From Macrostomum lignano (Eukaryota): a stretch of DNA of 64,000 nt. A program made the translations under genes and the position numbers. This document shows positions 1-29,620 of the stretch, in pieces. Positions within the stretch are counted from its first letter, which is position 1; each line of letters opens with the position of its first letter. The DNA is taken from positions 60,204 to 124,203 of the forward strand of contig NIVC01002907.1 of the NCBI GenBank assembly GCA_002269645.1, written 5' to 3'. The notes beneath the pieces were generated by a model that saw only the letters and a list, made by a program, of their open reading frames with translations, searched no databases and was not told where the DNA came from.

Positions 1-2510
1 AACACGCTTGCACACTCATGCGTGTAATTAGAGTAGGGAGAGAGAGAGAGAGAAGGGGAGATGCAGTCCGAATAATGCAGCAATGCAGAGCAATGAATTG
101 AGACGAAGGTGAGACCGAGAGGCTCAACCCCTGGGGCGGGGGATTCCGCTTCCCCGTGGCCGTCCAGGCCGAGCGGAAGAAACAATTAGCGAGCCCGGGG
201 GCCGAGAAGAAAGAAAAATTGTGTCGAAACGCGAGCATGAAAAGTGGAAATCTTGCATCTCGATGGAGGCGCAGATTGGTTTAGGTGACTGACTGACGGG
301 CAAGTAAGCGCAAACTGCGTTCGTGCGCAAGTTTAGAATGCGGCGCAGTCAGTCAGTCAGTCAGTCAGTCAGTAGCGTGTTCCCTGTGGCCTACAGCACA
401 CACTGCGACCGCCACCTCTGCTGGAATGACGGCCGCAGTGAGGGGGTGGGGTCGAAAAGAATGATGGACCTGGAATGGCGCCCTGTCCCCTCTCCCCATT
501 CGCTTCTCCCTGGCTTTCTGCTGATCCCCACCCTTCATTCTCTTCTCTCTATATTGCTCTCTGCGGAAGGCTGAACCAGTCAGGGATTGGGCCGCTGAAA
601 AGGGGGGGGGGCGCAGAGGGGAAGCCCCGGCTGGTTGCTGGGGCGGACCGCGGGGTCTCCCCTTCTCCTACCGACCGTTGGGATTAGTACACGCAGAGGG
701 GCGGGACTGCGTGCAGCCGTGTGTGTGTGTGACCGCATGTGCAGCTGAGAGAGGTGGATAAAAAGCTGATCCAGTCCTGCCTCGAGGAGCCGCGCCGATC
801 AGACCCTCCTCTGCAGCTACCCCAAGGCTCCGCCCACAGGTTCTGCGCCCCTGAACGCACGGAGAGGCCGCAGAAACCCCCGTTTCAGCATTCCCGCGTT
901 CTCCTGTCGGGCCGTCTAGCGCAACACTGCGCGCCAGATTCCAGCGCCTTGGCTATTTTTCTCTCCACCTCTTCTTTTATTCTTATTTCATTCAGGCGCA
1001 GCTTTTTACCGCATCATCCCTCTCTCTCCCCCTCTCTCTTCACTTCTTGAGTGCCGTTCGAGGGGCCGCCGACCTCTGCAAAAATCAGATCCCCGCTTCA
1101 CCTCGCCTGTGGTTCTCCGCAGCAGCATCCAAAGAGGCTCTTCACGCCTTGCACACGCGGGCCGCTGGCTAGCTAACAGGCACAGACCTCCGATCTCCGT
1201 CCCGCATGCCGCTGCTGCACTAAGTGTCCGCTGCCGCTGCGATCCTTGAAGTTGCTGCTGTCTTGAAGAAGACAAGGAGAGAGAGAGAGAACGAGAAAGC
1301 AGAGTAAAAGGAAGCAACATCCGAGTCTGGACCGCCACCCTGATGAGGCTGCTAGAATGCATTGCTGGTGAGTATAACTGCTCCGCATATTTAATTGCCA
1401 CGTTTTTGTGCGCCAAACTTTCCTTCGTGCTCCTAGTTGGGGTTATTCAAGGTCACGGGCTCCGTTCTAGGCGCGCGAATCGGATACTCGCACATCTGAA
1501 TATGGGTGTGCAATGCAGCGGATTGACAGAGCAGACAGCGCGGCCCTGCTGGCCACAAAAGGAGATCAATGCATCCAGGGCCCAAATGCTCTCTCTCTCT
1601 GTCTGTCTCTTGCGTCTCAGTGGATTTGATCGCTAAGCTGCAAGTGTTCCTGACGCCGCAGACATCAATTGCGGCCACATTCATCTGAAACTCGTGCTCG
1701 AACATTCGCCACAGATTTGCGCCCGTGATGTACAACCCACAAGGCGCAGAAAGTGTCAGGAATGTGCATAGGTGACGGATAGACAAGTCGGGGCCGCTGT
1801 GCACCCTCAGGGGTACTTAGGGCTTAGCGGAATTAACATAACTGCTTGCTTCCTCCGACACCGTTGCTGCTCTAGCTGCCCCCCTCAGGTTGCTGTCCTT
1901 CATTCAGCAGGATAAAAATAGTAAATAAGAGCTGAGGGTGCGCAGCCAGTTGCCATTAGCTTGGCTGATCGAATATGCAGCCAGATGCATGCGCACCGGG
2001 CAGCCGGCGCACCCGACTGGCCCCCAGGAGGGCCGCAGGGAGCTCAATCAAATAGGCAGGCAGCTGCGTAAAAGCAGAAAGGGGGCGGAGAGGACCGCGA
2101 AACCCGCCCCGCACTTTTTGCTTGCTGCTCAAGCTTTCGCGCCAACCCCCCTCCCTCAAACCCACCGGCGCCGGTTGACTTGCAATTTTCATGCGAAAAT
2201 TGCCTGCTTGCCTGCCGGGGCACCCATGGGGCCAGCGGCGGGGCGTTGCTTGTGCTAGTTAGACTGACATACAGGCAGAGAGACAGACAAATAAATGACA
2301 GGGGAAATTGGAAATAACAGTATGCGGTCAATCAAACAATCAGTATGGGAGCTGATTGTAAAAAAATCGATTTTTGAGCACAGGGTACATGATCAAAAAA
2401 ATGAGTTCACTTTCTCTAGTATTATTCAGCAATTCACTTGGCTTTGTCTTCCTCATCTCATGCCATTCAAGTCGACTTAAACACAACCAGAGTCACCGAA
2501 ACACGGCATT

Positions 2511-5500
2511 AAGACACGAAACAGACATCAGGCATATCAAAAGACACGAAACAGACATCAGGCATATCAAAAAGACACGAAACAGACATCAGGCATATCA
2601 AAAAGACACGAAACAGACATCAGGCATATCAAAAAGACACGAAACAGACATCAGGCATATCAAAAGACACGAAACAGACATCAGGCATATCAAAAGACAC
2701 GAAACAGACATCAGGCATATCAAAAGACACGAAACAGACATCAGGCATATCAAAAGACACGAAACAGACATCAGGCATATCAAAAAGACACGAAACAGAC
2801 ATCAGGCATATCAAAAGACACGAAACAGACATCAGGCATATCATAAAGACACGAAACAGACATCAGGCATATCATAAAGACACGAAACCAGACATCAGGC
2901 ATATCATAAAGACACGAAACAGACATCAGGCATATCATAAAGACACGAAACCAGACATCAGGCATATCATAAAGACACGAAACCAGACATCAGGCATATC
3001 ATAAAGACACGAAACCAGACATCAGGCATATCTAAAGACACGAAACAGACATCAGGCATATCATAAAGACACGAAACCAGACATCAGGCATATCATAAAG
3101 ACACGAAACCAGACATCAGGCATATCATAAAGACACGAAACCAGACATCAGGCATATCATAAAGACACGAAACCAGACATCAGGCATATCATAAAGACAC
3201 GAAACCAGACATCAGGCATATCATAAAGACACGAAACCAGACATCAGGCATATCATAAAGACACGAAACCAGACATCAGGCATATCTAAAGACACGAAAC
3301 CAGACATCAGGCATATCATAAAGACACGAAACCAGACATCAGGCATATCATAAAGACACGAAACCAGACATCAGGCATATCATAAAGACACGAAACCAGA
3401 CATCAGGCATATCATAAAGACACGAAACCAGACATCAGGCATATCATAAAGACACGAAACCAGACATCAGGCATATCATAAAGACACGAAACCAGACATC
3501 AGGCATATCATAAAGACACGAAACCAGACATCAGGCATATCATAAAGACACGAAACCAGACATCAGGCATATCATAAAGACACGAAACCAGACATCAGGC
3601 ATATCATAAAGACACGAAACCAGACATCAGGCATATCTAAAGACACGAAACCAGACATCAGGCATATCATAAAGACACGAAACCAGACATCAGGCATATC
3701 ATAAAGACACGAAACCAGACATCAGGCATATCATAAAGACACGAAACCAGACATCAGGCATATCATAAAGACACGAAACCAGACATCAGGCATATCATAA
3801 AGACACGAAACCAGACATCAGGCATATCATAAAGACACGAAACCAGACATCAGGCATATCATAAAGACACGAAACCAGACATCAGGCATATCTAAAGACA
3901 CGAAACAGACATCAGGCATATCATAAAGACACGAAACCAGACATCAGGCATATCTAAAGACACGAAACCAGACATCAGGCATATCATAAAGACACGAAAC
4001 CAGACATCAGGCATATCATAAAGACACGAAACAGACATCAGGCATATCATAAAGACACGAAACCAGACATCAGGCATATCATAAAGACACGAAACCAGAC
4101 ATCAGGCATATCATAAAGACACGAAACCAGACATCAGGCATATCATAAAGACACGAAACCAGACATCAGGCATATCATAAAGACACGAAACCAGACATCA
4201 GGCATATCATAAAGACACGAAACCAGACATCAGGCATATCATAAAGACACGAAACCAGACATCAGGCATATCATAAAGACACGAAACCAGACATCAGGCA
4301 TATCATAAAGACACGAAACCAGACATCAGGCATATCATAAAGACACGAAACCAGACATCAGGCATATCATAAAGACACGAAACCAGACATCAGGCATATC
4401 ATAAAGACACGAAACCAGACATCAGGCATATCATAAAGACACGAAACCAGACATCAGGCATATCATAAAGACACGAAACCAGACATCAGGCATATCATAA
4501 AGACACGAAACCAGACATCAGGCATATCATAAAGACACGAAACCAGACATCAGGCATATCATAAAGACACGAAACCAGACATCAGGCATATCATAAAGAC
4601 ACGAAACCAGACATCAGGCATATCATAAAGACACGAAACCAGACATCAGGCATATCATAAAGACACGAAACCAGACATCAGGCATATCTAAAGACACGAA
4701 ACCAGACATCAGGCATATCATAAAGACACGAAACCAGACATCAGGCATATCATAAAGACACGAAACCAGACATCAGGCATATCATAAAGACACGAAACCA
4801 GACATCAGGCAGATCTAAAGACACGAAACCAGACATCAGGCATATCATAAAGACACGAAACCAGACATCAGGCAGATCTAAAGACACGAAACCAGACATC
4901 AGGCATATCATAAAGACACGAAACCAGACATCAGGCATATCATAAAGACACGAAACCAGACATCAGGCATATCATAAAGACACGAAACCAGACATCAGGC
5001 AGATCTAAAGACACGAAACCAGACATCAGGCATATCATAAAGACACGAAACCAGACATCAGGCAGATCTAAAGACACGAAACCAGACATCAGGCATATCA
5101 TAAAGACACGAAACCAGACATCAGGCATATCATAAAGACACGAAACCAGACATCAGGCATATCATAAAGACACGAAACCAGACATCAGGCATATCATAAA
5201 GACACGAAACCAGACATCAGGCAGATCTAAAGACACGAAACCAGACATCAGGCATATCATAAAGACACGAAACCAGACATCAGGCAGATCTAAAGACACG
5301 AAACCAGACATCAGGCATATCATAAAGACACGAAACCAGACATCAGGCAGATCTAAAGACACGAAACCAGACATCAGGCATATCATAAAGACACGAAACC
5401 AGACATCAGGCAGATCTAAAGACACGAAACCAGACATCAGGCATATCATAAAGACACGAAACCAGACATCAGGCAGATCTAAAGACACGAAACCAGACAT

Positions 5501-8500
5501 CAGGCATATCATAAAGACACGAAACCAGACATCAGGCATATCATAAAGACACGAAACCAGACATCAGGCATATCATAAAGACACGAAACCAGACATCAGG
5601 CATATCATAAAGACACGAAACCAGACATCAGGCATATCATAAAGACACGAAACCAGACATCAGGCATATCATAAAGACACGAAACCAGACATCAGGCATA
5701 TCATAAAGACACGAAACCAGACATCAGGCATATCATAAAGACACGAAACCAGACATCAGGCATATCATAAAGACACGAAACCAGACATCAGGCATATCAT
5801 AAAGACACGAAACCAGACATCAGGCATATCATAAAGACACGAAACCAGACATCAGGCATATCATAAAGACACGAAACCAGACATCAGGCATATCATAAAG
5901 ACACGAAACCAGACATCAGGCATATCATAAAGACACGAAACCAGACATCAGGCATATCATAAAGACACGAAACCAGACATCAGGCATATCATAAAGACAC
6001 GAAACCAGACATCAGGCATATCATAAAGACACGAAACCAGACATCAGGCATATCATAAAGACACGAAACCAGACATCAGGCATATCATAAAGACACGAAA
6101 CCAGACATCAGGCATATCATAAAGACACGAAACCAGACATCAGGCATATCATAAAGACACGAAACCAGACATCAGGCATATCATAAAGACACGAAACCAG
6201 ACATCAGGCATATCATAAAGACACGAAACCAGACATCAGGCATATCATAAAGACACGAAACCAGACATCAGGCAGATCTAAAGACACGAAACAGACATCA
6301 GGCATATCATAAAGACACGAAACCAGACATCAGGCAGATCTAAAGACACGAAACCAGACATCAGGCATATCATAAAGACACGAAACCAGACATCAGGCAT
6401 ATCTAAAGACACGAAACCAGACATCAGGCATATCATAAAGACACGAAACCAGACATCAGGCATATCATAAAGACACGAAACCAGACATCAGGCATATCAT
6501 AAAGACACGAAACCAGACATCAGGCATATCATAAAGACACGAAACCAGACATCAGGCATATCATAAAGACACGAAACCAGACATCAGGCATATCATAAAG
6601 ACACGAAACCAGACATCAGGCAGATCTAAAGACACGAAACCAGACATCAGGCATATCATAAAGACACGAAACCAGACATCAGGCAGATCTAAAGACACGA
6701 AACCAGACATCAGGCATATCATAAAGACACGAAACCAGACATCAGGCAGATCTAAAGACACGAAACCAGACATCAGGCATATCATAAAGACACGAAACCA
6801 GACATCAGGCATATCATAAAGACACGAAACCAGACATCAGGCATATCATAAAGACACGAAACCAGACATCAGGCATATCATAAAGACACGAAACCAGACA
6901 TCAGGCATATCATAAAGACACGAAACCAGACATCAGGCATATCTAAAGACACGAAACCAGACATCAGGCATATCATAAAGACACGAAACCAGACATCAGG
7001 CATATCATAAAGACACGAAACCAGACATCAGGCAGATCTAAAGACACGAAACCAGACATCAGGCATATCATAAAGACACGAAACCAGACATCAGGCAGAT
7101 CTAAAGACACGAAACCAGACATCAGGCATATCATAAAGACACGAAACCAGACATCAGGCAGATCTAAAGACACGAAACCAGACATCAGGCATATCATAAA
7201 GACACGAAACCAGACATCAGGCAGATCTAAAGACACGAAACCAGACATCAGGCATATCATAAAGACACGAAACCAGACATCAGGCAGATCTAAAGACACG
7301 AAACCAGACATCAGGCATATCATAAAGACACGAAACCAGACATCAGGCAGATCTAAAGACACGAAACCAGACATCAGGCATATCATAAAGACACGAAACC
7401 AGACATCAGGCATATCTAAAGACACGAAACCAGACATCAGGCATATCATAAAGACACGAAACCAGACATCAGGCAGATCTAAAGACACGAAACCAGACAT
7501 CAGGCATATCATAAAGACACGAAACCAGACATCAGGCAGATCTAAAGACACGAAACCAGACATCAGGCATATCATAAAGACACGAAACCAGACATCAGGC
7601 AGATCTAAAGACACACGAAACCAGACATCAGGCATATCATAAAGACACGAAACCAGACATCAGGCAGATCTAAAGACACGAAACCAGACATCAGGCATAT
7701 CATAAAGACACGAAACCAGACATCAGGCATATCATAAAGACACGAAACCAGACATCAGGCATATCATAAAGACACGAAACCAGACATCAGGCATATCATA
7801 AAGACACGAAACCAGACATCAGGCATATCATAAAGACACGAAACCAGACATCAGGCATATCATAAAGACACGAAACCAGACATCAGGCATATCATAAAGA
7901 CACGAAACCAGACATCAGGCATATCATAAAGACACGAAACCAGACATCAGGCATATCATAAAGACACGAAACCAGACATCAGGCATATCATAAAGACACG
8001 AAACCAGACATCAGGCATATCATAAAGACACGAAACCAGACATCAGGCATATCATAAAGACACGAAACCAGACATCAGGCATATCTAAAGACACGAAACC
8101 AGACATCAGGCATATCATAAAGACACGAAACCAGACATCAGGCATATCTAAAGACACGAAACCAGACATCAGGCATATCATAAAGACACGAAACCAGACA
8201 TCAGGCAGATCTAAAGACACGAAACCAGACATCAGGCATATCATAAAGACACGAAACCAGACATCAGGCATATCATAAAGACACGAAACCAGACATCAGG
8301 CATATCATAAAGACACGAAACCAGACATCAGGCATATCATAAAGACACGAAACCAGACATCAGGCATATCATAAAGACACGAAACCAGACATCAGGCATA
8401 TCTAAAGACACGAAACCAGACATCAGGCATATCATAAAGACACGAAACCAGACATCAGGCATATCTAAAGACACGAAACCAGACATCAGGCATATCATAA

Positions 8501-11500
8501 AGACACGAAACCAGACATCAGGCATATCTAAAGACACGAAACCAGACATCAGGCATATCATAAAGACACGAAACCAGACATCAGGCAGATCTAAAGACAC
8601 GAAACCAGACATCAGGCATATCATAAAGACACGAAACCAGACATCAGGCATATCATAAAGACACGAAACCAGACATCAGGCATATCATAAAGACACGAAA
8701 CCAGACATCAGGCATATCATAAAGACACGAAACCAGACATCAGGCATATCATAAAGACACGAAACCAGACATCAGGCATATCATAAAGACACGAAACCAG
8801 ACATCAGGCATATCATAAAGACACGAAACCAGACATCAGGCATATCATAAAGACACGAAACCAGACATCAGGCATATCATAAAGACACGAAACCAGACAT
8901 CAGGCAGATCTAAAGACACGAAACCAGACATCAGGCATATCATAAAGACACGAAACCAGACATCAGGCATATCATAAAGACACGAAACCAGACATCAGGC
9001 ATATCATAAAGACACGAAACCAGACATCAGGCATATCATAAAGACACGAAACCAGACATCAGGCATATCATAAAGACACGAAACCAGACATCAGGCATAT
9101 CATAAAGACACGAAACCAGACATCAGGCATATCATAAAGACACGAAACCAGACATCAGGCAGATCTAAAGACACGAAACCAGACATCAGGCATATCATAA
9201 AGACACGAAACCAGACATCAGGCATATCATAAAGACACGAAACCAGACATCAGGCATATCATAAAGACACGAAACCAGACATCAGGCATATCATAAAGAC
9301 ACGAAACCAGACATCAGGCAGATCTAAAGACACGAAACCAGACATCAGGCATATCATAAAGACACGAAACCAGACATCAGGCATATCATAAAGACACGAA
9401 ACCAGACATCAGGCATATCATAAAGACACGAAACCAGACATCAGGCAGATCTAAAGACACGAAACCAGACATCAGGCATATCATAAAGACACGAAACCAG
9501 ACATCAGGCATATCTAAAGACACGAAACCAGACATCAGGCATATCATAAAGACACGAAACCAGACATCAGGCATATCATAAAGACACGAAACCAGACATC
9601 AGGCATATCATAAAGACACGAAACCAGACATCAGGCATATCATAAAGACACGAAACCAGACATCAGGCATATCATAAAGACACGAAACCAGACATCAGGC
9701 ATATCATAAAGACACGAAACCAGACATCAGGCATATCATAAAGACACGAAACCAGACATCAGGCATATCATAAAGACACGAAACCAGACATCAGGCATAT
9801 CATAAAGACACGAAACCAGACATCAGGCATATCATAAAGACACGAAACCAGACATCAGGCATATCATAAAGACACGAAACCAGACATCAGGCATATCTAA
9901 AGACACGAAACCAGACATCAGGCATATCATAAAGACACGAAACCAGACATCAGGCAGATCTAAAGACACGAAACCAGACATCAGGCATATCATAAAGACA
10001 CGAAACCAGACATCAGGCAGATCTAAAGACACGAAACCAGACATCAGGCATATCATAAAGACACGAAACCAGACATCAGGCAGATCTAAAGACACGAAAC
10101 CAGACATCAGGCATATCATAAAGACACGAAACCAGACATCAGGCATATCATAAAGACACGAAACCAGACATCAGGCATATCATAAAGACACGAAACCAGA
10201 CATCAGGCATATCATAAAGACACGAAACCAGACATCAGGCATATCATAAAGACACGAAACCAGACATCAGGCATATCATAAAGACACGAAACCAGACATC
10301 AGGCAGATCTAAAGACACGAAACCAGACATCAGGCATATCATAAAGACACGAAACCAGACATCAGGCATATCATAAAGACACGAAACCAGACATCAGGCA
10401 TATCATAAAGACACGAAACCAGACATCAGGCATATCATAAAGACACGAAACCAGACATCAGGCATATCATAAAGACACGAAACCAGACATCAGGCATATC
10501 ATAAAGACACGAAACCAGACATCAGGCATATCATAAAGACACGAAACCAGACATCAGGCAGATCTAAAGACACGAAACCAGACATCAGGCATATCATAAA
10601 GACACGAAACCAGACATCAGGCATATCATAAAGACACGAAACCAGACATCAGGCAGATCTAAAGACACGAAACCAGACATCAGGCATATCATAAAGACAC
10701 GAAACCAGACATCAGGCATATCATAAAGACACGAAACCAGACATCAGGCATATCATAAAGACACGAAACCAGACATCAGGCATATCTAAAGACACGAAAC
10801 CAGACATCAGGCATATCATAAAGACACGAAACCAGACATCAGGCAGATCTAAAGACACGAAACCAGACATCAGGCATATCATAAAGACACGAAACCAGAC
10901 ATCAGGCAGATCTAAAGACACGAAACAGACATCAGGCATATCATAAAGACACGAAACCAGACATCAGGCATATCATAAAGACACGAAACCAGACATCAGG
11001 CATATCATAAAGACACGAAACCAGACATCAGGCATATCATAAAGACACGAAACCAGACATCAGGCATATCATAAAGACACGAAACCAGACATCAGGCATA
11101 TCATAAAGACACGAAACCAGACATCAGGCATATCATAAAGACACGAAACCAGACATCAGGCATATCATAAAGACACGAAACCAGACATCAGGCATATCAT
11201 AAAGACACGAAACCAGACATCAGGCATATCATAAAGACACGAAACCAGACATCAGGCATATCATAAAGACACGAAACCAGACATCAGGCATATCATAAAG
11301 ACACGAAACCAGACATCAGGCATATCATAAAGACACGAAACCAGACATCAGGCATATCATAAAGACACGAAACCAGACATCAGGCATATCATAAAGACAC
11401 GAAACCAGACATCAGGCATATCATAAAGACACGAAACCAGACATCAGGCATATCATAAAGACACGAAACCAGACATCAGGCATATCATAAAGACACGAAA

Positions 11501-14401
11501 CCAGACATCAGGCATATCATAAAGACACGAAACCAGACATCAGGCATATCATAAAGACACGAAACCAGACATCAGGCATATCATAAAGACACGAAACCAG
11601 ACATCAGGCATATCATAAAGACACGAAACCAGACATCAGGCATATCATAAAGACACGAAACCAGACATCAGGCATATCATAAAGACACGAAACCAGACAT
11701 CAGGCAGATCTAAAGACACGAAACCAGACATCAGGCATATCATAAAGACACGAAACCAGACATCAGGCATATCATAAAGACACGAAACCAGACATCAGGC
11801 ATATCATAAAGACACGAAACCAGACATCAGGCAGATCTAAAGACACGAAAACAGACATCAGGCATATCATAAAGACACGAAACCAGACATCAGGCAGATC
11901 TAAAGACACGAAAACAGACATCAGGCATATCATAAAGACACGAAACCAGACATCAGGCAGATCTAAAGACACGAAACAGACATCAGGCATATCATAAAGA
12001 CACGAAACCAGACATCAGGCAGATCTAAAGACACGAAACCAGACATCAGGCATATCATAAAGACACGAAACCAGACATCAGGCATATCATAAAGACACGA
12101 AACCAGACATCAGGCATATCATAAAGACACGAAACCAGACATCAGGCAGATCTAAAGACACGAAACCAGACATCAGGCATATCATAAAGACACGAAACCA
12201 GACATCAGGCATATCATAAAGACACGAAACCAGACATCAGGCAGATCTAAAGACACGAAAACAGACATCAGGCATATCATAAAGACACGAAACCAGACAT
12301 CAGGCAGATCTAAAGACACGAAAACAGACATCAGGCATATCATAAAGACACGAAACCAGACATCAGGCAGATCTAAAGACACGAAACCAGACATCAGGCA
12401 TATCATAAAGACACGAAACCAGACATCAGGCAGATCTAAAGACACGAAACAGACATCAGGCATATCATAAAGACACGAAACCAGACATCAGGCATATCAT
12501 AAAGACACGAAACCAGACATCAGGCATATCATAAAGACACGAAACAGACATCAGGCATATCATAAAGACACGAAACCAGACATCAGGCAGATCTAAAGAC
12601 ACGAAACAGACATCAGGCATATCATAAAGACACGAAACCAGACATCAGGCATATCATAAAGACACGAAACCAGACATCAGCATATCATAAAGACACGAAA
12701 CCAGACATCAGGCAGATCTAAAGACACGAAAACAGACATCAGGCATATCATAAAGACACGAAACCAGACATCAGGCATATCATAAAGACACGAAACCAGA
12801 CATCAGGCATATCATAAAGACACGAAACCAGACATCAGGCATATCATAAAGACACGAAACCAGACATCAGGCATATCATAAAGACACGAAACCAGACATC
12901 AGGCAGATCTAAAGACACGAAACCAGACATCAGGCATATCATAAAGACACGAAACCAGACATCAGGCATATCATAAAGACACGAAACAGACATCAGGCAT
13001 ATCTAAAGACACGAAACAGACATCAGGCATATCATAAAGACACGAAACCAGACATCAGGCATATCATAAAGACACGAAACCAGACATCAGGCATATCATA
13101 AAGACACGAAACCAGACATCAGGCATATCATAAAGACACGAAACCAGACATCAGGCATATCATAAAGACACGAAACCAGACATCAGGCAGATCTAAAGAC
13201 ACGAAACCAGACATCAGGCATATCATAAAGACACGAAAACAGACATCAGGCAGATCTAAAGACACGAAACCAGACATCAGGCATATCATAAAGACACGAA
13301 ACCAGACATCAGGCAGATCTAAAGACACGAAACAGACATCAGGCATATCATAAAGACACGAAACCAGACATCATGCATATCATAAAGACACGAAACCAGA
13401 CATCAGGCATATCATAAAGACACGAAACCAGACATCAGACATATCATAAAGACACGAAACCAGACATCAGGCAGATCTAAAGACACGAAAACAGACATCA
13501 GGCATATCATAAAGACACGAAACCAGACATCAGGCATATCTAAAGACACGAAACCAGACATCAGGCATATCATAAAGACACGAAAACAGACATCAGGCAT
13601 ATCATAAAGACACGAAACCCGACATCAGGCATATCATAAAGACACGAAACCAGACATCAGGCATATCATAAAGACACGAAACCAGACATCAGGCATATCA
13701 TAAAGACACGAAACCAGACATCAGGCATATCATAAAGACACGAAACCAGACATCAGGCATATCATAAAGACACGAAACCAGACATCAGGCATATCATAAA
13801 GACACGAAAACAGACATCAGGCAGATCTAAAGACACGAAACCAGACATCATGCATATCATAAAGACACGAAACCAGACATCAGGCATATCATAAAGACAC
13901 GAAACCAGACATCGGGCATATCATAAAGACACGAAACCAGACATCAGGCAGATCTAAAGACACGAAAACAGACATCAGGCATATCATAAAGACACGAAAC
14001 CAGACATCAGGCAGATCTAAAGACACGAAACCAGACATCAGACATATCATAAAGACACGAAACCAGACATCAGGCATATCATAAAGACACGAAACCAGAC
14101 ATCAGGCATATCATAAAGACACGAAACCAGACATCAGGCATATCAAAAAGACACGAAACCAGACTTCAGGCAGATCTAAAGACACGAAAACAGACATCAG
14201 GCATATCATAAAGACACGAAACCAGACATCAGGCATATCATAAAGACACGAAACCAGACATCAGGCAGATCTAAAGACACGAAACCAGACATCAGGCAGA
14301 TCTAAAGACACGAAACCAGACATCAGGCATATCATAAAGACACGAAACCAGACATCAGATATATCTAGAGACACGAAACCAGACATCAGACATATCTAAA
14401 G
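2511..14401. repeat. Satellite array, 32-bp monomer AAAGACACGAAACCAGACATCAGGCATATCAT with a 31-bp variant (...GGCAGATCT); roughly 370-380 copies
   Basis: Continuous tandem array read directly. Alternating 32+31 units give the 63-bp (21-aa) periodic ORFs in the track. Confidence 0.98.
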
Positions 14402-14781
14402 GCTCAACAAAGCGACGAAAGTCTACAGTAATCTCTCAAGGCGCTCCTCTCCTAGCGTAAGGATCCGGCATCAGCTGCAGAATCAATTCACTCCCCTGGC
14501 TACGTCCTGTCGGTGGTAAATCTTCCCTCCCCCCACTATCGAGCAGATGGGGCGCGAAAGCGACACCCAGATGCTGTTTAAGCTGGAGGCGGCACTAACT
14601 AACATCGATTGCTGCTGTTTCCTTGAAAGGCGAGCTTCTATTACAGACTGGTTAGGTCTCTCTCTCTCTCTCTCAGTCTCAGTCTCAGTTTCACAAAGCA
14701 GACTTCGCTGCTAATGCTCCATCGCTCTTTGACCCACCGATTAATCCTCAATCCCAACTAATATCGATTGGCGCAAGCTCG

Positions 14782-28913
<14,132 letters not shown>

Positions 28914-29330
28914 GTTCGAGGGCTGCTAATTGCTCAAGAATGGCTTGGACTCAATTAAACTATAATATCGCAATTGTATCCGTCTCCCCTCGCTGAAGCC
29001 ATCGCTGCTAATTGCAGTTAAATCCAGACTCGTTTAGCTAAAGCAAACTCGCTATCGATAGACCGAAGGCAAAGATGGAATGAAATCTTCCCGCATTGAT
29101 TTGCGGCACACAAGTGCGCCTATACACGTACTGTGCAGGCAGCCCGTTTTTGGTGTTGTAATTGTTGCAAATCCGACTGTCATTTGATTTTGCCTGCAAG
29201 TGACTGTTTCCCTTTTTTTGTTCATTTCCTTCACTTCGAGTTCACTTGCAACAGATATCGAAAGTTATTCTCTTTGTTGAGTGCTTACAGATTAAACTTT
29301 CCTGATCGTGTATTTAATGAGGCGAATGAT

Positions 29331-29620
29331 GAAGCTGTGTCCTGTCTGATTGGCTGGCTGGGAACCAAAGGGACAGAGAGTGAAGCTGTGCCCCTGTCTG
29401 ATTGGCTGGCTGGGGACCGAAGGGGCAGAGAGTGAAGCTGTGCCCTGTCTGATTGGCTGACTGGCAATCGAAGTGGTAAGAGAGTGAAGCTGTGCCCTGT
29501 CTGATTGGCTGGCTGGCAATCGAAGTGGTAAGAGAGTGAAGCTGTGCCCTGTCTGATTGGCTGGCTGGCAATCGAAGTGGTAAGAGAGTGAAGCTGTGCT
29601 GCTATCTAATTGGCTGACTG
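29331..29620. repeat. 52-bp minisatellite, ~6 copies, each with a CTGATTGGCTG (reverse CCAAT) motif
   Basis: GAAGCTG at 29331, 29382, 29434, 29486, 29538 and 29590. Confidence 0.9.

Noticed and set aside
1-2500. Protein-coding genes in the first 2.5 kb
   Set aside because: Short overlapping ORFs on both strands with no motif or consistent exon chain; treated as intergenic or UTR.
2374-14077. Many repetitive ORFs (MPDVWFRVF..., RHETDIRHIK...)
   Set aside because: Translation artefacts of the 30-32-bp satellite and its 63-bp dimer.
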